The translations under genes were made by a program, and so were the position numbers. Below are positions 23,510-36,000 of a DNA stretch of 64,000 nt, in pieces. The notes beneath the pieces were generated by a model that had not been told where the DNA came from, made no database searches, and saw only the letters and a list, made by a program, of their open reading frames with translations. Source of the DNA: Harriotta raleighana (Eukaryota); NCBI GenBank assembly GCA_050575255.1, contig JBNZDD010013670.1, forward strand, positions 1,890,562 to 1,954,561. The letters are read 5' to 3'. How positions within the stretch are numbered: the first letter of the stretch is position 1; each line of letters begins with the position of its first letter.

Positions 23510-23830
23510 ACAACAACAAATTGCATTTATATTGCCCTCTTTACTTGGGTAGGGTCTTGGATGTGATATCTTTCACATAGGGGGTAATGGGGAATGGTGA
23601 CTAAAAACACTGTTGAAAAAATCAGAGTTCAAGGTGGTCTTTAAAAGTGGAGAGTGAAAGGGTGAGGTGGAAGGAGATAGGATGGAGTTCTGGAGAATGA
23701 CTGAAAGCTTGCTCACTAGTTGTGGGGCGGATTACGTGTGGGGCATGAAGTAGGCAGCGGTTTGTTGAGCGAAAGGAGTGACTGGAGTGACTGCACCCAT
23801 TTCTTAGGGCTCAGAATTTGGCGAATCCAT
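23510..23830 (-). mobile_element. Old L2 3' fragment
   Basis: caacaacaaattgcatttatattgcc tail, then ggagttctggaga...ctgaaagcttgctcac. Confidence 0.55.
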
Positions 23831-24211
23831 AAATAGACTTTAATTCTGAAGGTGTTTTTCTCTAAGTTGGTTTTAATGTACCACAGATAATGGACTTCAA
23901 AGTTCATACTGAAATCAATAATTTACCAAATTCTAGGTATCTTAAAATACAATTAAAATCCTTGCATTTTCTGCTCAAAATAGAGTGAACCTGGAGATAG
24001 GTGGAGTTTCTCTCCTTTAGGTTGTGATTTATGCTAATATATTCAGTTCAGATTTTCTGCATTAAAAAGAGATTTTTTTAAGCTTGAAAAGCATTCAAAA
24101 TGCACATTGCATGTGTTTGTTTTGTGAACAGATTTCCTCACTCCTCAATTAGAATGTGCTCTATTCCCACAAAAAATTATTTCCAAAATAAATTGTTCAG
24201 AAATGACAAAT

Positions 24212-24830
24212 AAATAATAATCCTAACATTGGAGATAGTGCCATTAAAGTCAGGAGGACATCTCAAAGTGCATTACAGGATTTATTGTGAACTGTAGTTA
24301 ACTGCGAATACAGAAGTGAATCTGTGCAAAACAATTTACACCCAGCCCCCGTTTAATATCACAGGCATGACTTGAAGCGTAAACCACGTTAAAGGGAACA
24401 CGCAAGAATGTCGGACGTTCAGAGTCTATGTACGCTTACGATACCCACAGTAGTTTGTTTCCACATGAATGACTTAATAGCGAATGTTGCGATGTTAAAT
24501 GAATATATGTCCCCAATGTACCAGCAACATAAAAGCTAAACAATGTTGATTGAAGTGATGTTAAGAGAGGTCTCCCTTTTACCACAAACAGCCATGAAGT
24601 AAATGACTGTTTTTATTTGGGAATTATTTGCCAGGATATGAGGAGAAACTCTGTTCTGTTTTCAAATTTCTGCCATGTTATGTTCCTGAATGGGAACATT
24701 GGACCTTGGTTTAATGCCTCATCCAAAGCATGGCATTTCCAACAATGCCACACTCCCCCAACATTGCACTGGTGTATCGGTCAATGTGAGATCAAAGAAC
24801 CAAAATGGCATTTGAACCCACGGACTCCTG
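24212..24830 (-). mobile_element. Deu-domain SINE interrupted by a MITE
   Basis: Tail aataataatcctaacatt. Body resumes after the MITE with ccacaaacagccatg...ggagaaactc...atttgaacccacg. Confidence 0.65.
24339..24579. mobile_element. Old Tigger-like MITE, family C
   Basis: TA-flanked with decayed ends (cccccgtttaata / tgttaagagagg). Right half aligns with 53790-53820 plus 54842-54914. Confidence 0.6.
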
Positions 24831-25461
24831 ACTCCGTCGCAAGAATGGAACCAGCATAATTGTATTGCAAGAACAATCTTTCTTCCTTTCACTCATGACA
24901 ATTCTATGATTTAGATGAAAATATTAAAATACCAAATGCAATATTTGTCCAAATGGGGTATTTAAACAATCTGTTGTTGTCTTATTATTTCATGTTTTTT
25001 TTCCATTCATGGTTGATTGACAATATCTAGTATTAGTAATCTATGTGTCAAAATATTGTATATTATCTCATGGTTTCAGGAAATGCTAAGGTGTTACCCA
25101 AACTGTCTTTATATTTCAAATTTCTGGCAGGAGGCTAATCCACTGTGACTGCTAACCAAATGCAAAAAAACCACATATTATTGATTGTCAATGATACTTA
25201 GAAGCAACACAATTTTGACTCCTTTTCTGTCTAGATATATAACACTCTAGGAAGGTAAAGCTCAGGAAAGACTGGAATCCAAGTCACGACAATGTCTCAA
25301 AGTTGCAAAATATTTGTAAATATTCCCCCGAAAATACATTGGAGTCTAATTTGTGTTTTTTTCATGAGATTCCTCAATAAGCAATCACAAGATCATAAAC
25401 TTAGCTCGGATGAAAAAGACCATTCAGCCCATCTAATGTTATCCTTCCAAAATACTGTATG

Positions 25462-25850
25462 TCAGTCTGGCTCAGGCATAGCACTCTCACCTCTCAGTAA
25501 GAAAGTTCTGGGTTCAAGTCCCCCCATTGCCATTTGAAATCACATGTTCCCAAGATGACACTTTGTGTTTCATTGTCAAAGGTGAATTTGTTCTTTTGAG
25601 GCATTAAACCAAAATCCAGTCTGCCTGTTCAGGTGGACATTAAAATCAATTCAAAAAGAGAAGGGAGTTTCTCCCAGTCAACAATCCCCTCCAAAAAATT
25701 GGTCACTAATTCAATGTTGTTTACTGTGTGCAACTGGTTGCTGCATTTCACCTGCAAAACACAAAGTAAATCCATATTAAAGTGTATCTCATGAAGCACT
25801 TTGAGATGTCTCAACAACATAAGGCGCTAGTTATATCAAATGCAAGGAAT
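25462..25850 (+). mobile_element. Deu-domain SINE
   Basis: gtctggctcaggcatagcactctcacctctcag head, ctgttcaggtggacattaaaa core, tatcaaatgcaagga tail. Confidence 0.7.
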
Positions 25851-26199
25851 ACAGTGTTATCATTGTTGTTAACCATCCTACCATCTTCTCATTACAATAT
25901 AAAACTGTTTTTTAAATGGTTCCAAGTATCCTGACCTTAATCACCATTGTTGGCAAGCCTAGGCACAGAATTCAAGATGTCCTGCGACAGCTGGCAGAAT
26001 ATTCCACTGATCAGTGGCAAATCTGCTCTGATGGGACCTACCTCTGAAAAGCAGTTCCTGTAGGCCAACAGGCTATCTAACAATCTAACAGGATACCTTA
26101 TTAAGGAATCTTACTCACCCATTCCTTAAAAAGAAATCACATTAAAAAAACACCAAATTTCCTCCCCACTGTTCATTCGGCTAATTAGATAGTCTTTTT

Positions 26200-26530
26200 A
26201 TTTTTTTATTTATTTATATATTATATTTATATAGCGCCTTTCACGTCAGGAGGACGTCCCAAGGCACTGTACAGTCAAGTGGGGGGAGGGGTCGGGGGAA
26301 GAAAAGCAGGAAAATACTGACTGTATATTTGTGGGCGAAACGCGGCAGCCAAATTGCGCACAGCAGTGTCCCACAAACAGTCATGGAAGCGAGAGGGCCA
26401 GGGATGAAAGGGGGAAAGAGGGCAGGGGGAGGGGTTGGGGTAGAAGGAAGAGAGAAGGAAAACCAGGTGTATATCTGGGGAGAAATAGGGTTTATACCGC
26501 ACTGGACACAGAAAAGAGAGAGGCAGACAC
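26200..26530 (-). mobile_element. Composite SINE-core element ending in an L2-type 3' tail
   Basis: Minus strand: diverged core, pyrimidine spacer, intact core, spacer, then gccttgggacgtcctcctgacgtgaaaggcgctatataaa. Confidence 0.7.
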
Positions 26531-27600
26531 TCAAACAATATATCGCAAAGGTGACTCACTTTTAGGGGTCTGCTTCACATGACACTGATTTAAACCTGAA
26601 TAGACTTTATCTTTGAGTGGATTTTATTTCTCAAATTCAAGGTGGTTTGATCGTTCATTTTATAATCTGGTACAAATGCAATGGTGATTGTCAAATACTG
26701 ACATCTGAACAAATCTGAGCAACTTTCATAATCAGGGCTAAGTGAAGGATAAGATAGTTACAAATTTAGTGTAGCAATTGGATAGATAACTGCAAGAACC
26801 ATTTTTACCGAGCTGGTATCTTTGCGACCAACAATTGCAGTCCTCAATAGTGACTGAAGGAAGAACATTTTCCATAATTAAAGCACTCAAAAATAAAAGT
26901 ACAGAATGTAACGTGAAAAGGACATTTTCTATAACCTCTTTATATTTTTCCTCTCAATTTTTAATAGCTTAAAGAGGAGGACAGGAAGGGCTTACAGTTA
27001 GCAGAGCAGCACACTAATTTGCAACAGTTGACAGTATCTGAAGAGTGAAGCAAAAGATTGTACAAAATGTGATATTCCCAATTGATCATAAAGCTTTTCT
27101 ATGGCATAAAATGTATAGAAAATTCCAAAAGGATCTCAATTCTATTGCCATCTTTGACAGTGCTTTCGGTCTTTGACTTTGACAGTGCTTTGAAAGCAGA
27201 ATTTTTGCTAACATAAGATATTAACTGAAAAAAAATAGTACTTTACTCATGCTTTTTTTCAACAAAATAATGCCAACTGATCAAATTTACTGTTCACTGG
27301 GAAAGGGAGCGGGGAAATAAGTAAAGTTTCCTTGGAGCTGAACTGGTAACTTAGATGACTTGTTTGTCAGCAGAATGTTTGAATCAAGCCAACCCTCTGT
27401 GGCAGTCGAGGTAGTTCAGTTACTGAGCCAGATCGGTATGCAGCACATTAGGGCACTGATGATGACAGCGCAGCTCATGGAACTTGGAAGGTCAGACCAG
27501 TCGATGAGGGCAGGGTGTCAGACCAGTCAGCCCCTGCAGATAGGCAAGGGCGAGATATCAGGGATTGAGTGGCGACTATTACTAAGTTCAGGTAAGCAAT

Positions 27601-27870
27601 AGACCTGGGTTTGATTCCAGAGAAGGTGAAACCTTGGGCAACCTACTCCACATGCCTGATAATAATCTCATGGAAAAAAATATATACATTTTTGTTTATA
27701 CAGTATTCAGTTTATTTCTCTCTTATTTCAACCCACGCTGGCCCACCTCTGTGCACAATTGGCTCCTGCATTTCGCCCACAAATATACAGTCGATTCACT
27801 TTACAGTGAAGCGCTTTGAGATGTCCAGAAGACGTGAAAAGCGCTATATGAAATATAATTATTATTATTA
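27601..27870 (+). mobile_element. tRNA-derived SINE (head partly lost)
   Basis: accttgggcaacctactccacatgcc, tttcgcccacaaatatacagtc, tail gcgctttgagatgtccagaagacgtgaaaagcgctata...(ATT)n. Confidence 0.85.
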
Positions 27871-30050
27871 CTGGTAGTAGTAGTACTAGTAGTAGTAGCA
27901 TAGCAACTTGAAGATATATGCAAACAGCCTGGAGATATTCATCTGTCTCTCCTTGGGGAAGTGAGTGGTCACTCCTTATCACTGCCTTCTGAGGCTATTT
28001 GGGGAATTGCAGGTAAACTCCCCCTCATATGCTATCGCTCTATATATCCGAGTTCATTGGTGCTTGCCAATGCTTATGATACCTCTATGCTAGCTATTAT
28101 ATGCTTTGTATGCAAGTCCCAGATAAGGATTGAAAAGTGGCTCCACGGGTGACCGAAAAACAGTTGTGCAGAGAAGAAAAAAAGCAATGTGATCTCTGTC
28201 CATGAACATCAAATTGAGCTTGGATATCTCACAAGCAAAAGATGAGAAGTGATCAAGCGAAAGCTCATTGTCTACTTTCTAAAATTACAATCTCAAATTC
28301 ACTAGAGATTCATCAGTTTCAGTTAAATTGAAGTGGCAGCTTGTCACAGTAAGGTTCGAAAGGGATTGGAGAGTCCATTCAGTGTGCTGTATGTCACTGT
28401 CTGCTGCAAAAGATTGATGTCTGATTCATAGAGACAGTGTGAAGGAGTACAGTACTTGGCTTGTTTACACAAAGGCTATCGCAGAATGAGCTTGGAGATT
28501 TGTCAATCAATACCTCATCTGAGGATTCAACCTTCATAAAAATAAAGAAGTCATATGCAATGAAGCAGACCAACATGTGACTGATTATTCGGATGTAAAG
28601 ATATTAAAAGTCATTGAATCAAACACAAATGATCAATGAATGTGAAATATAGGAGTAATTAAAACTATGTTGACTCCAAGCAGCTCAGTATTATTAAGTA
28701 TTTCTTTTACCATCAGGAAAGTGGGTCAGTTACATCTCTTCAACCACTTCGGGAAACAAGCAAAATCAAAGTCACATGGTCTTAGCCTTTATACCACTGC
28801 CTTGCAATTTTACTTTGCACAATGTTAAATTGAGTTTTAAATCAGTTACCTTAAAGACATAACAAAAGAAACAAAAACAACTAACAAATTAAGACTAAAG
28901 TTTTTGAAACATCCAAATTTCTCCACAAACTTCAATTTGAAGATTAAGAAAGTGGGAATTTCATCTCTTGGCTATGGTTTCTCCATTATCCTTTGAAACG
29001 TTTGAATTCCCTTTGCTGAGTTTGTTAACTCCCTCAGGTCTTGGCCTGTATGTAATTGCCATCATTTTGTCATTGTTTAATTAATCAAAGGGGGATAGAA
29101 TGAGGTTTTATCTGTTTCTTTGTACTGGAGAGTTTTGCTTTGCTCCGTAATCAACTAATGATCATTTAGGGAGAGTAAATTGAAATCTGCAACTTGGTTT
29201 TTCCACATTCACCCCATGTCAGCTTTCCTCAAGCTATCAGAAAACCATTAGAAGACAACAGATGGATTTTTCCTTTAATTATGTTGATGTTTCTATAATG
29301 GGTATTGGCTGCTGAGATCTAAAGTATTGACGTCAATTATAGGTTTCAATGTCATGAATCAGGGTAGGTACAGTTGTAAATATTCCATTTACAACAACAA
29401 CAACAACAAAATTACACTTATAGAGCGCGTTTCACGTCAGAAGGAATTTTAGCAATTTTAGCAATTTAGCAATTTTATTAAACATTAGAGATTTCTGAAG
29501 GATAACTGGCTTACCTTTATAATAAGTGGACTATAGTATTTTGTATTGTAAATCACTAAACACAAGTCACAAGACGTATTAACTCTTACTGTCACTGTAT
29601 GGCAGAGGAAATAAATATTCTCAAATGGTATGCAATTAAAAGAATGTCCTTGTCCTTTTGGTGAGCAGATGTTGAGGCACTGATTCACTTTCATTCATTA
29701 ATGAGGTTAATTTTACAGAGAAGTGCTTCAGACAATTAAATCCACTGTAAATCTTGCCAATAATATGCTGTAGGACATGGCTGTCTGCAAATTGGCTGCC
29801 ACATATGTCTACAAATATACAGTCACTATACTTTACAGTTTTTCATGTGAAACTCCTCCCAGATAAAAGGAAGCCTATCAAATGTATTATTATTATCAAA
29901 GTTTTATAAGCCTAGAGGAGATTTGATTCCACAAGACATCGGATTAGTTGATATACTATCTGATTGGATGTGTATGTCTCTTAAGTTTATTGTCACTTTT
30001 CCTGCAGTTATTGTAATCTGTAATTTATATGTGTATATATAACTACATCA

Positions 30051-30620
30051 TATTATTTAAGGTAAATGGGGAAACCTGCCCCTTTAAATGGGTTCTGTAA
30101 TATTCCAAGTTCCAGCAGCTGCTTGCAGCACAGGGTTAGCAAGGAACCTACGTGAGTTTCAGCAAAGTACTGTACTAGATCCAGCGCTGCTTGATTGACT
30201 GTCAGCTAATAAGCAGTCTGCAGAGTAAAATAACACATGGGAGCTATCGTGGAAAAAAAACCTTGTAGTTACTTCTTACGGTGGATGGAGCTGCACGTCT
30301 ATATAAAGCAATGCTCGGTGTTCTTTGTGGTCGCTAACTAATTGTCGTCTCCTGGTATGTTCTGTCGTGTACAGGCCTACTATACAAGTCAGGTTGCTTT
30401 TAATATTTCTTCACAAATGTAGTGTTGTTGTTGTCGTTATGTGTGACAGTTATGTTTGATCCCATTGTTGTATATCTTTCATTGTTGTGTTCCTTATATG
30501 CAAGGTGACCTAGGGATGCTAGGTTTTAATAAAGAGCTGTTGTTTCTACCGAATGTATGCTCAAGTCTCTGTAGTGTTCTAAACAGTCAAAGAAGTGAGC
30601 AGTTTGGATGGCAGATGTCA
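30051..30620 (+). mobile_element. Candidate solo LTR
   Basis: Direct repeat ACATCA at 30045-30050 and 30621-30626. Ends in CA and starts TA (possibly mutated TG). Internal TATATAAA at ~30300 precedes AATAAA at ~30528. Confidence 0.5.
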
Positions 30621-31071
30621 ACATCAGAGGTCCTCTAATGTGAGCAGACTCTGGTTAGACATTCCAGTTACCAGCCGTTGGGGTTAACTGGGAATATCTG
30701 TCTGTGTGTGACTCTGATTTGGTTGAGTCACCTTTGAAATAGAGACTCAGACTCAATTAGGAGAGAAGCAGAGACCGCTTAGTGTCTAATGTCTAAAGCG
30801 TTAATAAAATATGCAAGTACTGTATATCAAGGTGTGAGAACCTTTGCAATACCTGTGCAATGAAATGGATCAAGTCAGTCAAATCATTCAGTGGAGCAAC
30901 TGGGAAATAAGAAATCTGACATTCAAACAGATCTTTAATAATGTTCCTTGTATTCTCTTGGGCAGAATTGAGGACCACATCATTCACCATAAAGTTTTGG
31001 TTGGAGGGAGGGAAATAAACAAGTTAGTTATTATAATATTTGTTTTTTTTCACATTTCTGGGCCTGTTATT

Positions 31072-31312
31072 TAGGGTGACCTTATGTCCCTGATTTTTGG
31101 GGACAGTCTGCAGATGAAATACTGTGTCTGGTCAAATTTGCCCAATCTTGAGTTCAGCAAAAATCTGGGAAGGAACAATGACTTTCTAAAACAGATACGA
31201 TCATCAGAAAAATAGCAATGAAACTACATTCTGCCTGCATCAGGAATAGTGGTGAGTTCAATTTGTTCACATATGTGTCCACTCATTTGGTTTACAAATT
31301 ATGGTCACCCTA
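31072..31312. mobile_element. hAT (Blackjack/MER94-like) non-autonomous element
   Basis: TIRs TAGGGTGACC...GGTCACCCTA with subterminal tgtccc...gggacag. No 8-bp TSD preserved. Confidence 0.7.
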
Positions 31313-32799
31313 TAAAATATTTGTATTGTAGTGGACACTGAGACCTCAGGACAGTAAGACCTGACAGGTGAAGCCTTTGTCTTCTAAAAGAGGTGCCAAT
31401 ACCCGAACTCTTTCTTGGTACTGGAGTGGAAACCCTGGTCTGTCCTCACCCCAGGCCCCAATGGAGTTAATGGTTAGAGCAGGGGTAGGGGGAAGGAATT
31501 AAATAAAATACTAATTATAATCCTTGCATTTGGATTTCTCAGAGCGGTTCAGTAAGTGGGGTGGCAGGCACTACATTAGACCCCAGGTACCTTGGGACAT
31601 CCTCCTGATGTGAAAGGCGCTCTATAAAAGTAATGTTGTTGTTGTACCTTTAGCCATTGTGTTGCTGTTGTTGTTCTAAGTTCTGGGTTCGCTGTTTGGC
31701 ATTTGAGACATCCTTCTGACGTGAAAGGCTCTCTACAAATGTAATTTTGTTCTAGCTGTTGTTGGATTTTACCTGTGTTTCTTCCTGTCTTGTAGTGAGA
31801 GTTTCTGTGTGGCTCTCCGTATCTGCCTGGCTCAGAGCGTCCTCTCTAGAGTATTCTCAGGTTTCCATTTACAATTCAATAGGGAATGATGGTAAAGGTT
31901 GAAGGAAATAGCTTTTATTTTATAGGTTATCATTCCCAGCTAGCTTGTAAAATTTTATTGAGAACCACATATTTTTATTGGGAGTAATAATATTTGAATG
32001 GGGTGAAGAAAAATTACATTTAAAAAGTGTGCAATAAGTTTTTTGTTGTTGTTTTTTATTACNGGGTGAAGAAAAATTACATTTAAAAAGTGTGCAATAA
32101 GTTTTTTGTTGTTTTTTATTAAATTTGACAATCATTTCCAATTATATCTGAAATAGTTTAATCTGCAATCTATCTTTCCATGGTTTGGTAATATTTATAC
32201 AACAACAACAACAAGAATTTGCATTTGAATTTGCAAAGTGGGGTAGCGTCCCGGAGCACCACAGGACACCAATCGCTGCACCTGTCTTGCACTATTGAAA
32301 TGCACAATTCTCCAAGCACAAGTTCTTGAGCTGGAGCTCCATCTAGCTGTGCTAGAGACATAATATACCACTGTAGACATTGTGGATGTGTGTACATTTT
32401 GTTGCTTAAAATACATTATTGATTTATAAATGTTATACTCTTGGAGTTGCACTGTTACAATTTACATGGTCAACGTGTGGTCTTCAAGTCTTGACTGACA
32501 ACCAAAACAATATCCTGAATAAAGAGTCCTAACCATAGTTACTGTGAAGGAAAAAATTTTTTTTTTTATAAGTGACTAATATACTTGTTTTTGCTAAGAT
32601 ACCTCAGCTCTCAGTTAAAACAAAAAAAACTAATACCTGCCCACCTGAGGGAGAAACGAGAATGTTATGCAGGTCATTCAGTTAGTTTAGTTCTATGGTA
32701 CGGGAATCATTCAGATTGTACTCCTATTGCTTTGGAAACAATTGTCTACCACTTCTTGAGTTAAGTATTTTATTTATTGAAAAAGAAAATTAAACTGTG

Positions 32800-33075
32800 G
32801 TTGTGTTATTGGAGTTCAGAAGATAACTTTGATATGAGAGTTAAGCTGGTGGAAGGAGAGTATGGAAAATAGCCTTTACATGAGAATATATTACCTCAGA
32901 AAGCCATAGATAGAATCAGTGTTGATTGAGGTATTCAAAAAAATAGACTCTTGGTAAGTAGGGTATTACAGTATGTGGAGAAAAGCTGAGGAAAGGGAAT
33001 TGAAATGACCTTAGATGTAAAGGTAGAGTAGTCTCAACAGGCTAAATGGCCAGCTCCTTTTGCTGTATTCCTAAT
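32800..33075 (+). mobile_element. Old CR1 3' fragment
   Basis: ttacctcagaaagccataga...tattcaaaa...aggctaaatggccagctcctttg follows the CR1 3' layout seen at 20620-20830. Confidence 0.5.
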
Positions 33076-36000
33076 GTGATATCCCATTAAAAACAAATAA
33101 CAAAATGATCGCTGCTTATATCGATTGGGATACGAGAGAACATCACAATCCAAAGGAAATTATTTTAATGCATTGGTAGAAAGGTATAGAGTGACATAAA
33201 TGCTTCAGCACAGAATTAGTTTACCTGGACCAACTTATTTGCATCAGTGCATTATTAGTATGAGCTTTTTATTAGATTTGAAAAAAATTCTCCTCCTTAT
33301 ACAGTATATGCTTATATTTTAAATACTTTACCATTCAGTCCCCCGACTTCTTTAGTTGAACCAATACTAATTCAACAATAATAGTTGTTGTTTACAAACA
33401 CGTTTTAAAAAAATCTGAAGTGCTCTGAGATGTTTTCCTCTGGGTTAGGCGCTACATAAATGTTTGTTGTTGATGTGGATGGCACTGATCCTGTTCAATA
33501 AATATTGTAGCAGAAGGTAATCTAAATCTTTTGTGGACTGCGGATAGGTTAAAATTCCAAAGATAAGCTAGAACCAACCATCCTGAGATCAGAACTTAAT
33601 TGGCACAATGAAAAAATGAATTAAATAAATTTACCTCTGGAGCTTCAGGCATGTGGAAGGTCATGATCCAATTTTATTGTACAGGACAAATATCTGTATG
33701 TACACCATATACTTTATGACCTGCTTGTAATCTCTGTCCCATTTATTGTGAAGTAAAGTGGAAAAATAAATCACATCAATGCATGAAACTTCTCTGGTTC
33801 AGCTGAAAAACTTCTTATTGCCAACTCCTTGTTTGCAATTGATCCATGTTGCTGCATCTCTTGGTGAGCTTTCCATTTATATCTCATTTCCTTTCCGTAA
33901 AATCACTGGATAGGCCAATGTAATGTGAGCAAGACTGAAATTAGAATTGAACAGTCATTTAAACAGTGGGACATTTCTACTTAAAGTACCACTGTGGCTC
34001 AGCTGGTAGCACTCTCACAACCTTCAGTAGTTTGTGAGTTGAAACCTCATGTTAGGCTTTGAGTTCTACTGCAGTACACCAATGGATGCTGTGGCAATGT
34101 CAGAAATGCTGTCCTTACGGTAAAACTATTTTAACTTGTAGGGAAGTCAGTGAATAGAGGACAAATTAGAACATAGGCACGGGAGAGCGAAGGATAACCT
34201 TTTGCACACGGGATTTGTTGGGATATTGAATGCCGTGCCAAGTAAGCTGGCAGAACTAGAGTCTATCGTGATTTTCAAGAGGAAGTAGACAGGTATATTA
34301 ATGCTTGATATGGTGTGAGGACAGGGCTGGCAGTAAGATTGAATGGATAGCATTCTCTGAGAGGGTGCAATACAATACATTTATGCAGGGCCTCACACTT
34401 GCACACAAATACACAGTCAATCCACTTCACCAGTATATCCCGTGAAGTGCTCTTGCTCCTGGTGCAAAAGATGCAAAACCAAATGTGAGGATTTTTATTA
34501 TTTTCATGTTCTGAGGATCTCCCAAAGTGCAAGATGCAGACTTGATTGGTCAAATGGCTTCATTGTATGCTGCAACTTTCTTTGGTTCCAATATGTCCCA
34601 TTTCCCTTTTCCAGTGGATTTTAATGTGTGGTCCCATTTGTTTGCTTTTATTCCATGTTCATTCACCCCATTTCTCATTGCAATGTGGGGGAAATTGGTG
34701 GCATGGATTGGCTGTGTTTTTCAAGGGCTTTTGGCACCCTCACGAGCTCTCAAATTGTGGATGTTGTGTTTGATGTTATGAATGGGGGATTCAGTCCCTG
34801 AAGCCTCTGTCGTAAGACTCTGCCTAAAACCAGTTTAAAAAGTTGAATGACATTGCAGTTAAAGAGAAAATTAGGAAGAAAGTGCCTTGTTGTTTACTGA
34901 GGAATATCTGGCAGTCTGATGATTAAGTTCACTGTCGAGAGGTGAGCTCGGGAGTTTTGCACTTTTGCACAGGGGTCATTGTAAAATGCTGAGTATGCCA
35001 AAAAAAACTCGTTGAGTGAAGTGCTTTTGAGAGATTTCAGCATGATGAAGCACTATGTCATGTGAAAGTATGGTTTTATTATTTCCGACTGGGGAAATGA
35101 ACTTAGATTGGTGCAGCAACATTAGTATGGGTGAAGTGAATTAGAACTTCTAGTCATTTTTTTACATCCTGCAGTCCTAGAGAACCCAAATTATTTTCAA
35201 TTGTCTCTATTCCTTGGTGCAAATCATCTTTTTATAAAAGTACTAAATGTTCTGCTTTACTATCTCCTTAAAGCCAGATATAAATACTGCCTCTTTATCG
35301 CCTCCATACCTAATTGTGATGAGCTTTAACAAGTCTAATATGAAGGAATTGAGCAGAATTATCATAATTAAATGCTGTGTTCAACTGATCTGATATATTC
35401 CATTTTTAAATACCATTTTACTAATAGTACATAACACATTTATTAAAAATTAATTGTTTACACACCCATATTTCTATGAAGTAGTACAAAGCATACAATT
35501 GGTTTTAAATAACTGTGTTTAAAAGGGTAAGACTGGTGGATTGCTGTACAGAATTGTCATGGGAAAGACACCATATTATTATTTGTAAAAGCTCTTTCTA
35601 TGTTCTGGCTGTGGCCTGAAATCGCTGCAGTTTGCAACATTCATTTTCTGTTAAATTTAGGGTATTCTTTTATATAAACTAGCATGGTTTTGGGAAAGCC
35701 TCAACTGACAACAGTCCAGTGCTGGTTGCAATCATAAACTGGAAGCAAGAATAAAGAATAAACTGGAAGCCAATGGTTTCCTTTTAAGCCTTTCCCTGAC
35801 TGAGAAAAGCTCTGAATTGTCCAATAAAAGGTTGGAAATCAAACTGCCTGTTGCAAAATGATCTTTACAATCTATTTCCACACTCGGTTCCTTCTCCTCA
35901 CTTTGTGCAATTTTCTGTGAATCTGGGGATTTGCTCTTCTGCAACAGAAGTTGCTATGAGAGTACTGACTGCTGTTTTGTGAGTAACATTTGATTTTTCG

